Origin: an uncultured Gammaproteobacteria bacterium
GTDB lineage: Bacteria; Pseudomonadota; Gammaproteobacteria; UBA9214
Direction: 5' to 3'
NCBI GenBank assembly: GCA_963827755.1
Contig: CAWHCQ010000014.1
Location: 1-64,000 of the forward strand
Length of the DNA: 64,000 bases
In this document: piece after piece, positions 11,030 through 19,091 of the stretch
Layout: each line of letters opens with the position of its first letter
How positions within the stretch are numbered: position 1 is the first letter of the stretch
Position numbers and translations under genes: made by a program
Notes under the pieces: generated by a model
The model's input: the letters and a program-made list of their open reading frames with translations, nothing else
What the model was told of the DNA's origin: nothing
Database searches by the model: none

Positions 11030-11126
11030 TGCGTGACTGTCAGCTCTGGCATGTAGCCGTGTGGACCGGGGCAAGTCTGGATAATTTACAGGACCAGCCT
11101 TCGTTAAAGAGCCTGTGCCAAATGAT

Positions 11127-11246
11127 TCACTTCCGTACATCGTCAAACCGCATCGACAGGTCGGTGGCCTGGATGTTCTTGGTCTGGCCACCCACGGAAA
11201 TATAATTCACGCCAGTCAAAGCCGCCGCGTGCAGGTTGTCCGGGTT
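11127..11246 (-). pseudogene. nadC: 3' fragment of nicotinate-nucleotide pyrophosphorylase
   Basis: The minus strand translates NPDNLHAAALTGVNYISVGGQTKNIQATDLSMRFDDVRK*, matching the NadC C-terminus (TGVDYISVGALTK...DLSMRF). The rest of the gene is absent. Confidence 0.7.
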
Positions 11247-11751
11247 GCTGCGGGTTAATTGCTATAGTTGAATAACCGCTATTAAACGGACGTTCACTGG
11301 AATTTGGTCAAAGACGTATTTTGGCTGATACTGTTGAAAAATTCTTGCTGGCTGCTTGCGCGATATTTTTCAAGGAAATATCGTGCACGAGAGTGCCCGA
11401 CTGATAAAGGGGACAGATTTATTTTCTGTGGGAATGACCGGTTCTGGCCGAAAGTGTGAGTACAGCCTGCTGAGCCTGAACGACCGCTTATGTTATGCAA
11501 AGTTGTCGTCCAGAAAAGTCACATCAAGGGCGTTTTTGGGCGGCAGGTTGACATTCAGCCACCCCGCATCAGTGCGATTTCTGTGTCCCAGGAACGGCAA
11601 CTCTGAGGTTGAAATCAGACCTTCGCACTTGCAGCCTTGACGACATTCGGTAATTTTGGTTGGGAAGGGAGAAAAGCGGCGATTGAGAATTGGATTGATC
11701 TCTTGCAAGTGAAGTATTCAATATTCTTGTACGTAGGATGTTTTACGGAAC

Positions 11752-12735
11752 CTATCCAAGCTTCCTCGCCAAGTCCTCTGCCTTAAGGTGTGTATAGCGA
11801 CGCAGCATACGCAGATCCTTGTGCCCGGTGATGCTGGCGACTTCCATAATATTCAGTCCTTTCTCGAACAGCCGGGTGGTGGCCTCATGGCGCAGGTCGT
11901 GGAACCGGAGGTTTTCGATGCAGGCGCGGCGTACTGCGCGGATATAGGCGCGTTTAATGGCCTCTGTGGTGACGCCGGTGAAGGCTTGCCCGTGCAGGCT
12001 GCGGGGCAGGGTGCGCAGCACCCTGACGGCGGTGGTGGACAGCGGCACGGTCCGGGCCTCGCCGTTCTTGGTGTCGGGCAAGTGGGCAGTGCGGCGGTTG
12101 AGATCGATGTGCTCCCAGCGCAGGCGGATCAGCTCCCCCTGGCGCATGGCGGTCTCCAGTGCCAGTTGTACGATGGGCAGAAGCCAGGGATTACGTGCTT
12201 CCCCGCAGGCAGCCAGCAGTCGGGTTTCTTCACCGGCCTGCAGTCGCCGGTCTCGCGGTCGGTTGTCGGCAGGCAGCCTGATATCGCGGACCGGGTTGTG
12301 TACGTAGATGCCCCATTCCTTGCGGGCGACCTCGAACACGTGGCCCAGCAGCACCAGGTCCCGCTTGACGGTGGACGGAGTGACATTGCGCAGTCGTTCG
12401 TCCCGGAAGCGGGCAATGTCCATCCCGCGAATGCCGGCGACGTATCGCCGGGCCAGCGGCAGGCGCATCAGGGCGCGCAGGCGGTTGGTTTCGGATGCCG
12501 CGCTTTTCTTCAGGGGCGTGACCTCGGCCAGATAGCGTTCCAGCAGTACCTTGAGGGTGGTGGATTCGGCCTCGGCGCGGGAGACGAACACGCCCTTGTC
12601 CATTTCGACCTCAATAGCGCGTGCCCACTGCTCAGCCAGTGCACGGGTTTCAAAGGTCTTGGTTTGCAGGGGTTGGCCCTTTTTCCGGACCTGTGCCTGC
12701 CACTGGTAAGCGCCGCGTTTTCGGAAGGTTGCCAC
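11752..12735 (-). CDS. Tyrosine recombinase/integrase (Rci/phage-integrase-like)
   Basis: Catalytic motifs ETAMRQGEL (R), DTKNG (K), FHDLRH (HxxR), TGH and RRYTHL (Y). N-terminal arm-binding region ATFRKRG..WQAQVR. Likely start GTG at 12735 (the ORF is open to 12771). Lies just downstream of the tRNA 3' end. Confidence 0.9.
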   Translation of the reverse strand: MATFRKRGAYQWQAQVRKKGQPLQTKTFETRALAEQWARAIEVEMDKGVFVSRAEAESTTLKVLLERYLAEVTPLKKSAASETNRLRALMRLPLARRYVAGIRGMDIARFRDERLRNVTPSTVKRDLVLLGHVFEVARKEWGIYVHNPVRDIRLPADNRPRDRRLQAGEETRLLAACGEARNPWLLPIVQLALETAMRQGELIRLRWEHIDLNRRTAHLPDTKNGEARTVPLSTTAVRVLRTLPRSLHGQAFTGVTTEAIKRAYIRAVRRACIENLRFHDLRHEATTRLFEKGLNIMEVASITGHKDLRMLRRYTHLKAEDLARKLG

Positions 12736-12761
12736 AGTTGCACTCCGTTCATTCGCGAACG

Positions 12762-12830
12762 AGTGTGACAACAGTGTGACAAATAATCAGTTAGTAACCC
12801 ATACAGGGGGTGTCGTGGTTTCTAACTGAT
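12762..12830. promoter_or_regulatory. Putative integrase arm-type sites and hairpin between tRNA and integrase
   Basis: Direct repeat AGTGTGACAA at 12762-12771 and 12773-12782. Inverted repeat AATCAGTTAG (12785-12794) ... CTAACTGATT (12822-12831). Confidence 0.45.
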
Positions 12831-12839
12831 TGATTTGAT

Positions 12840-12914
12840 TGGTGGGCGATACTGGGATTGAACCAGTGACCCCTGCCGTGTGAAGGCAGTGCTCTCCCGC
12901 TGAGCTAATCGCCC
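12840..12914 (-). tRNA. tRNA-Val (anticodon CAC)
   Basis: Reverse complement GGGCGATTAGCTCAGCGGGAGAGCACTGCCTT-CAC-ACGGCAGGGGTCACTGGTTCAATCCCAGTATCGCCCACCA: 75 nt, folds as a cloverleaf, with TTCAA T-loop and encoded CCA. Confidence 0.97.
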
Positions 12915-12932
12915 TTGATTAACTTCACCGGA

Positions 12933-12961
12933 AGGGTATGGCTTTGTGGCGGGTGCGTCAA
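12933..12961 (-). promoter_or_regulatory. Sigma70-like promoter of tRNA-Val
   Basis: Minus strand TTGACG (12961-12956), 17-nt spacer, TACCCT (12938-12933), 18 nt upstream of the tRNA. Confidence 0.55.
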
Positions 12962-13012
12962 ACGCTGGCCGGGTTGAGCCCCGGGCCTGCCCGGGTCACC
13001 CGGGGCCGGTTC

Positions 13013-13039
13013 TAATGCTTCCCTGATTTCTGTCGATAT
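13013..13039 (+). promoter_or_regulatory. Sigma28 (FliA)-like promoter of the export operon
   Basis: TAAT-N15-GTCGATAT, compared with consensus TAAA-N15-GCCGATAA. Confidence 0.45.
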
Positions 13040-13143
13040 TCAATGGACTACCCGGAATAACATGTCTGGCTGGCAGGCGTGCGGGACGGGTAGTGCAGCC
13101 AAGCAGATGTTTTTGGTCTGCATTTTGGCAAGGACGGAGGGTG

Positions 13144-14904
13144 ATGGTCTTGGAAAAACTGGCGCAATCATGGCTCGAGCAGCAATGCAACCTGATTAAC
13201 GGCGCATGTCGCGGGTTGGTCATGCTGAGCGTGCAGGACAAGGGCCGAATGAGCGATGTGGCGCACTGGCCGGCAGAGGCAAGTGGTTCGCCCCTGTTGC
13301 TCGCTGCAGCAAGGAAGGCGGTGATGCAGCGTGGACCGGTGATCGAGCAGGGCGATGCGGCACAGTCCGCCGGCCGGCAAAATGTCCATGTCATCGCCTA
13401 TCCGCTGGTCAGCAAGGAAAGGGCGCTGGGCGTGATTGCAGTCGAGGTCGAGGCGCAGTCCGATACGCAGCATAAAGAGGTAATGAGTCTGTTGCGTGCC
13501 GGCAGCGTATTTTTCGAAATGCTGCTTGAACATCAGCATGACAAGCACCGGGAGCGATTGACGCGCATCCTGGAACTGGTTTCGCTGACACTTGACCAGC
13601 CGCATTTTCAGAGTGCGGCAACCTCGCTGGCAACCCGGCTGGCGAATGAGTTGTCCTGCAGTCGTGTCAGTATCGGCTTCATGCGCGGACGGTTTGTCAC
13701 CGTGCGTGCGTTATCGCACAGTGCCAAACAGGGCGTGAAGACCAGCCTGCTGCGTACCATCTCCGCTGCCATGGAGGAGGCGATCGATCAGGACACAACG
13801 CTCGTCTATCCCGGCAGTGAACATATCAATATTGCCCATCGCAAGCTGACCGAGCAAAACCAGGTAACCTCTGTTTGCACCATTCCGCTGGTGAATAACG
13901 GCAGCATAACCGGCGCCATAACATTTGAACGCAACAACCGGATCCCGTTCGATACGGAAACCGTGGATCTGTATACGCACGTGGCCAACCTGATCGGACC
14001 GATCCTGGAGCTGAAACGCAGCAATGACACATGGCCGATCGTGCGCCTGGTCATATCTGTTGGCGACTTTGTGAAAAAGCTGTTTGGTCCGCAACGTGCG
14101 CTGCTGAAGGCCGCCACGCTATCGCTGCTGTTGTTAGCCATTTATATGAGCGTGGCGACTGCGCCCTACCGGGTTAGTGCAAAGGCAGCGCTGGAAGGCA
14201 GTATTCAGCGTGCCGTGGTTGCGCCGATCGATGGATTTATCCTCGATTCGGATGTACGTGCCGGGGATGTCGTCCAGGCCGGGCAGCTGATGGGGACGCT
14301 TGATGACCGTGAACTGAAGCTGGAGCAGCAGAAGCTGATCAGTGAAAAGGCGCGTCATTCGCGTGAATACCGCAGTGCCATGGCAGGGCATGAACGTGCG
14401 CAAAGCTCAATTCTCGATGCGCGCATCAGCCAGGCCGATGCCCGCCTGCAATTGGTTAACAAGCAGCTCGAACGCATGCAAATCGTGTCGCCGCTCACCG
14501 GTGTGGTGGTGACAGGTGATCTCTCCCAGTCACTCGGGTCCCCGGTCAGCCGCGGAGATATACTCTTCGAGGTCGCGCCGCTGGAAGACTATCGTCTGGT
14601 TCTAAGCATCGATGAACGCGATATGCCGTATATTGCCGATGCCCAGAAAGGCGAGCTGAAACTTTCAGGCCTGCCCGGGGATGCACCGGGCTTCACCGTC
14701 AGCCGCATCACGCCGGTATCCGAGTCGGGCGACGGTGCCAACTACTACCGGGTTGAGGCAAAGCTGGATGATCCGCCGGTATTGCTGCGTCCCGGCATGG
14801 AAGGTGTCGGCAAGATCGAGATCGGTGAGCGCAGGCTGATGTGGATCTGGACTCACAGGATGACTAACTGGCTGAAGCTGAAACTATGGGCCTGGTGGCT
14901 GTGA
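13144..14904 (+). CDS. GAF-domain HlyD/membrane-fusion (periplasmic adaptor) protein
   Basis: Two GAF-like regions (VIAYPLV...LGVIAVE; AAMEEAIDQD...VCTIPLV...GAITFER), one TM helix, then an MFP hybrid/hairpin (VVAPIDGFI...VRAGDVV...IVSPLTGVVVTGDL...LRPGMEGVGKI). GGAGG RBS at 13136-13140. Confidence 0.8.
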   Translation: MVLEKLAQSWLEQQCNLINGACRGLVMLSVQDKGRMSDVAHWPAEASGSPLLLAAARKAVMQRGPVIEQGDAAQSAGRQNVHVIAYPLVSKERALGVIAVEVEAQSDTQHKEVMSLLRAGSVFFEMLLEHQHDKHRERLTRILELVSLTLDQPHFQSAATSLATRLANELSCSRVSIGFMRGRFVTVRALSHSAKQGVKTSLLRTISAAMEEAIDQDTTLVYPGSEHINIAHRKLTEQNQVTSVCTIPLVNNGSITGAITFERNNRIPFDTETVDLYTHVANLIGPILELKRSNDTWPIVRLVISVGDFVKKLFGPQRALLKAATLSLLLLAIYMSVATAPYRVSAKAALEGSIQRAVVAPIDGFILDSDVRAGDVVQAGQLMGTLDDRELKLEQQKLISEKARHSREYRSAMAGHERAQSSILDARISQADARLQLVNKQLERMQIVSPLTGVVVTGDLSQSLGSPVSRGDILFEVAPLEDYRLVLSIDERDMPYIADAQKGELKLSGLPGDAPGFTVSRITPVSESGDGANYYRVEAKLDDPPVLLRPGMEGVGKIEIGERRLMWIWTHRMTNWLKLKLWAWWL

Positions 14905-14905
14905 A

Positions 14906-17053
14906 ATGACGCAGTCGATGTACAGCCAGTACTGGTACCGTGTTGCCGATGTGCGGCCGCGAATCCGCGATCATGTCCAGTTGCATCGCCATTATTACCG
15001 TGGCCGCCGCAGCTACATGCTGCAGGATGAATCCAGCGGTGCGTTTCACAGCTTCAGCCCGGAAGCCTACGTGCTCATCGGCCAGATGGATGGCAAGCGC
15101 ACGATAGACGAAATCTGGGAAACCACGCTGGATAAGCTGGGCGAGGATGCGCCTGGCCAGGAAGACACGCTGCACCTGCTGGGGCAGTTGCATGCGGCGG
15201 ACATACTGCAGTGCAACACTACGCCTGATATTCTCGAGGTGTTCGAACGCTACCGCCACAAGCGGCGCCAGGACTGGAAGCAGCGCCTCACCAACCCGAT
15301 GTTCCTGCGCCTGCCGCTGTGGGACCCGGACAAGTTCCTCACCCGCTGGCTGCCGCTGGTACGGCCGATATTCAGCTGGGGCGGACTAGCGCTGTGGACA
15401 TTGGTCGTGCTGCTGGGGACCGTATATGCCGGTGTCTACTGGGAGCCGATTACCGCGGGTATTGTCGACAAGGTATTGAACCCCTGGAACCTGGCAATCA
15501 TGGTGGCTACCTATCCGCTGGTGAAGCTGCTGCATGAGTTTGGCCATGCGTTTGCCACCCGCGTGTGGGGCGGTGAAGTCCACGAGATGGGCATCATGTT
15601 CCTGGTGCTTATGCCAATTCCCTATGTCGATGCCACCGCATCGGCCGGCTTTCAGCAGAAGGGCCGGCGTTTCCTGGTAAGCGCCGCCGGCATGATGGTG
15701 GAACTGTTCCTGGCAGCGCTCGCGCTGTTTGTATGGATCAACGTCGAGACCGGCATCGTCAGTGCTATCGCCTATAACATCATGCTCATCGGCAGTATTT
15801 CCACAGTGTTCTTCAACGGCAATCCGCTGTTGCGCTTCGACGGCTATTACATGCTGGCAGATGCCATCGAGATTCCCAACCTCAGCGTGCGCGCAAAGCG
15901 TTACCTCAGCTACCTGTCGATGCGCTATCTATACGGCATGGAAGAGGTGGCTTCACCGGTATCGGCACATGGCGAGGCAGCCTGGTTTGCATTCTACGGG
16001 GTCGCCTCCTTTGCCTATCGCATGATGATCATGGCGGTGATTATTCTCTACATCGCAGGCAAGTTCTTTTTCGTCGGGGTGCTGCTGGCAATCTGGGCAG
16101 TCACACTGCAAATCGTCCTGCCGCTGGTGCGCCATGTCAAATTTCTTCTCAACGATGGACGCTTGCAGCAGCAGCGCGCGCGTGCACTCGGTGTTACGGG
16201 TGCCGGGCTGGTGCTGTTGCTGGTGATGTTATTTGCAGTGCCGGCGCCGCTCTGGACCATGGCCGAAGGCGTGGTGTGGCTGCCGGAGAAGTCGCGTATC
16301 CGGGCCGGGACCGACTGCTTTGTAACGGCGGTGCTGGCGCAAACGGATGCCAGCGTAAAAAGTGGTGATCCCGTGATGACGTGTGAAGACCCGCTGTTGT
16401 CAGCAGAGGCTATGGCGCTGGATGCGCGTCTGCAGGAGCTGCGCGCAGAACATACGCTGGCTATGACGGAAGCGCCTGTCGAGGCGCTGAGCATCATGCA
16501 GGATATACAGACCGTGAATCAGCAACTCGACGAATCACGCCGCCAACTGGGTGAACTGGTATTGCGCAGTACATCCGATGGTCGGCTGGTGATACCGATG
16601 TCAACGGATCTCGAGGGCCGCTTTGTGCGTCGCGGTGCGACGCTGGCCTATGTCATCAACGATGCGGCTAGCCGCGCGCGGGTGGTTGTGACGCAGGCCG
16701 ATATCGGCCTGGTGAGGCAGCGCACCACGGGCGTCGGGCTGCGCATGGCAGGAAAGCCGGAACGGACGATTGCCGCCAGTGTGTACCGCGAGGTACCGGC
16801 CGCCTCGGATGAATTGCCAAGCAAGGCACTGGGTACCGAAGGCGGCGGCATGATACCGGTCGATCCGGCCGATGAATCGGGAGTACGCGCACTGGCAACC
16901 CTGTTCCAGTTCGAGCTGGAACTGCAGGAGGATCTGCCTGCGCAACTTTACGGTCAGCGCGTCTATGTGCGTTTTGATCATGGCACGGAGCCGCTCGGGA
17001 TCCAGTGGCAACGCTTATTGCGGCAACTATTCATGCGCAAGTTCGGAGTCTGA
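14906..17053 (+). CDS. PqqD/RRE-like domain + M50 (site-2 protease) peptidase + MFP fusion protein
   Basis: N-terminal ~100 aa resemble PqqD/RRE (YMLQD...MDGKRTIDEIW...LLGQLHAADIL). HEFGH zinc motif and NPLLRFDGYY, several TM helices, C-terminal MFP-like hairpin/barrel. Confidence 0.8.
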   Translation: MTQSMYSQYWYRVADVRPRIRDHVQLHRHYYRGRRSYMLQDESSGAFHSFSPEAYVLIGQMDGKRTIDEIWETTLDKLGEDAPGQEDTLHLLGQLHAADILQCNTTPDILEVFERYRHKRRQDWKQRLTNPMFLRLPLWDPDKFLTRWLPLVRPIFSWGGLALWTLVVLLGTVYAGVYWEPITAGIVDKVLNPWNLAIMVATYPLVKLLHEFGHAFATRVWGGEVHEMGIMFLVLMPIPYVDATASAGFQQKGRRFLVSAAGMMVELFLAALALFVWINVETGIVSAIAYNIMLIGSISTVFFNGNPLLRFDGYYMLADAIEIPNLSVRAKRYLSYLSMRYLYGMEEVASPVSAHGEAAWFAFYGVASFAYRMMIMAVIILYIAGKFFFVGVLLAIWAVTLQIVLPLVRHVKFLLNDGRLQQQRARALGVTGAGLVLLLVMLFAVPAPLWTMAEGVVWLPEKSRIRAGTDCFVTAVLAQTDASVKSGDPVMTCEDPLLSAEAMALDARLQELRAEHTLAMTEAPVEALSIMQDIQTVNQQLDESRRQLGELVLRSTSDGRLVIPMSTDLEGRFVRRGATLAYVINDAASRARVVVTQADIGLVRQRTTGVGLRMAGKPERTIAASVYREVPAASDELPSKALGTEGGGMIPVDPADESGVRALATLFQFELELQEDLPAQLYGQRVYVRFDHGTEPLGIQWQRLLRQLFMRKFGV

Positions 17054-17056
17054 CAG

Positions 17057-19060
17057 ATGCTCTCCGCCGCTAAAGCCACATTGCGCCCGGGGCTGCGGCT
17101 CGGGGCCTATCCTGAACACCTCGCTGCAGACAACGGCTGGCTGGATGTCCTGTTTGCCCGCATCAGCAGCTTCATTGGCGCCCGCCTGAAATGGCAGGAC
17201 CGGCGCCTGCAGGCCTTTGTGCGCGACGTCGAACGTGCCGGCGAATTGCTCTGTGGACTGGATGAGGAAGATTTCAGGCGGCGCATTGACGCGATCAGGC
17301 AAGTGCTGCGCCACGATGGCTTGTCCGGCAGGCACCTGGCGATGGCCTTTGCGATTGTCCGCGAGGCCGGTTCGCGCACACTGGGCATGCGGCTTTACCC
17401 CGTGCAGATCATGGCCGGGCGCGTACTGCTCGATGGCAGGCTGGCAGAAATGGAAACCGGTGAGGGCAAGACGCTGATGGCAACCTTGCCGGCCTCGGTG
17501 GCGGCGCTGGCCGGTGTCCCGGTGCACGTGATTACCGTCAACGATTACCTCGTCGCTCGTGATGCCGAACAGATGTCGCCGCTGTACAGCTACCTCGGCC
17601 TGACGGTCGGCATGATTACCGAGCAGATGGAAGAAGATGAACGGCGTAATGCCTATGCGGCCAATATCACCTACTGCACCAACAAGACGCTGGTTTTCGA
17701 TTACCTGCGCGATCGTGTCCGGCTCAGGGATGTGCAGGGCGCCGTATCACTGCATGCAGAAAGGCTCTATGCAAAAGCGGCCCGCCTGGATGCGGTGCTG
17801 ATGCGCGGCCTGTGTTTCTGCATAGTCGACGAGGCCGACAGCGTGCTGATTGACGAGGCCGGTACGCCGTTGATCCTCTCGCAGGGCGGTCAGGTCCAGG
17901 AAAAGGATGAACAGATGTTCCGCCAGGCCGTGCAGCTTGCCGGTTCACTCAAGCAGGGTGAAGACTTTGCTGTTGACGAGAAACTGCGCCAGGTGCACTT
18001 GACCCCGACAGGCCGGCAGCGGGCTGTGGATGCTGGTAAAAAGCTCGGTGGCCAGTGGCGAATGCGCACGCGCTGCGAGGAACTGGTCAGCCAGGCCCTG
18101 AGTGCCTGCCACCTGTTCAAGCGCGATCGTGAGTACCTGGTGAAGGATGGCGAGGTGCTGATCATCGATGACTTTACCGGCCGCGTCATGGCGGATCGCA
18201 AGTGGGAGCGCGGCCTGCACCAGATGATCGAGGTCAAGGAAGGTTGCGAGGTCAGTCCGCCAAACGAGGTACAGGCACGCATCAGCTATCAGAAGTTTTT
18301 CCGCCGTTACCTGCACCTGTCCGGCATGACCGGTACGGCACGGGAGACGGCGGCTGAACTGAATGCCCTATATGGACTTAAGGTCGTTAAGATCCCCACG
18401 CATCATGCCTCAAGACTGCAGCGGCTGCCCGACCGGTTATACCCGGTGCAGGACGCCAAGTGGCGCCGTATCGTCACGCGCATCATCGAGGTGCACAGGC
18501 AAGGGCGACCGGTACTGGTCGGGACGCGCTCGGTGGCCGACAGCGATACCCTCAGCCAAATGCTTGGGCGGGTCGGTTTGCCGCACCAGGTGTTGAATGC
18601 CCGCCAGGACGAGGATGAGGCAGAAATGATCGCACGTGCCGGTCAACCGGGAGCCATCACCATCGCCACCAACATGGCCGGGCGCGGTACCGATATCCCG
18701 CTGGCACCCGGGGTGGCCGACAGCGGCGGGCTGCATGTGATTGCTGCCGAGCGCAACAGTGCCCGGCGCATCGATCGCCAGCTGTTCGGCCGAGCCGGCC
18801 GGCAGGGGGATCCGGGCAGTTGCGAGGCGATCCTGGCGCTCGATGACCGCATCGTCAGTGAATATATCCCTAAATTTCTCCAGCGACTGGCCGAAATACA
18901 AGTCAGGAACAGGGATTCGCTCCCTGAATGGCTGAAGATGATGATTATCACGTATTGCCAACGCAGGTCAGAATCACAGCAGCGCCGTGCACGCAAGGCG
19001 CTGGCCCGCATGGATGAATATCTGGGCAGGGCGCTGGCATTTTCGGGCAAGGAAGAATAG
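17057..19060 (+). CDS. Accessory SecA-like ATPase, C-terminally truncated
   Basis: EMETGEGKT Walker A, VITVNDYL, DEADSVLIDEA, GMTGTA, VLNAR, ATNMAGRGTDI, RRIDRQLFGRAGRQGDPG. Only 667 aa; it ends about 80 aa after motif VI. Confidence 0.88.
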   Translation: MLSAAKATLRPGLRLGAYPEHLAADNGWLDVLFARISSFIGARLKWQDRRLQAFVRDVERAGELLCGLDEEDFRRRIDAIRQVLRHDGLSGRHLAMAFAIVREAGSRTLGMRLYPVQIMAGRVLLDGRLAEMETGEGKTLMATLPASVAALAGVPVHVITVNDYLVARDAEQMSPLYSYLGLTVGMITEQMEEDERRNAYAANITYCTNKTLVFDYLRDRVRLRDVQGAVSLHAERLYAKAARLDAVLMRGLCFCIVDEADSVLIDEAGTPLILSQGGQVQEKDEQMFRQAVQLAGSLKQGEDFAVDEKLRQVHLTPTGRQRAVDAGKKLGGQWRMRTRCEELVSQALSACHLFKRDREYLVKDGEVLIIDDFTGRVMADRKWERGLHQMIEVKEGCEVSPPNEVQARISYQKFFRRYLHLSGMTGTARETAAELNALYGLKVVKIPTHHASRLQRLPDRLYPVQDAKWRRIVTRIIEVHRQGRPVLVGTRSVADSDTLSQMLGRVGLPHQVLNARQDEDEAEMIARAGQPGAITIATNMAGRGTDIPLAPGVADSGGLHVIAAERNSARRIDRQLFGRAGRQGDPGSCEAILALDDRIVSEYIPKFLQRLAEIQVRNRDSLPEWLKMMIITYCQRRSESQQRRARKALARMDEYLGRALAFSGKEE

Positions 19061-19091
19061 GGCCTAACGCTTACTTGAAAGAACTGAAATT

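Larger units (their letters stand above)
1701..11623 (+). repeat. About 18 co-oriented degenerate ~30-nt hairpin repeats in four clusters
   Basis: Consensus roughly AAYGDC-N18-GWCVTT, often with loop TGGCCGA or TCGACCC. Copies start at 1702 (split by the intron, resumes 4535-4548), 4587, 4646, 4691, 5851, 5972, 6017, 6084, 6142, 9523, 9613, 9672, 9717, 11433, 11479, 11526 and 11593. Confidence 0.6.

Noticed and set aside
1701-11623. CRISPR array interpretation of the ~30-nt hairpin repeats
   Set aside because: The units are far too degenerate, spacing is irregular, and there are no cas genes in the window.
1701-12735. Canonical integron (IntI + attC)
   Set aside because: The repeats are about half the minimal attC length and lack consistent RYYYAAC/GTTRRRY boxes. 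The recombinase looks Rci/phage-like, with no evident IntI insertion.
11788-12768. 326-aa plus-strand ORF opposite the integrase
   Set aside because: Antisense shadow; all catalytic motifs are on the minus-strand ORF.
17057-19060. Housekeeping secA
   Set aside because: Too short, lacks the C-terminal domains, and lies in an MFP/peptidase operon rather than the usual core context.
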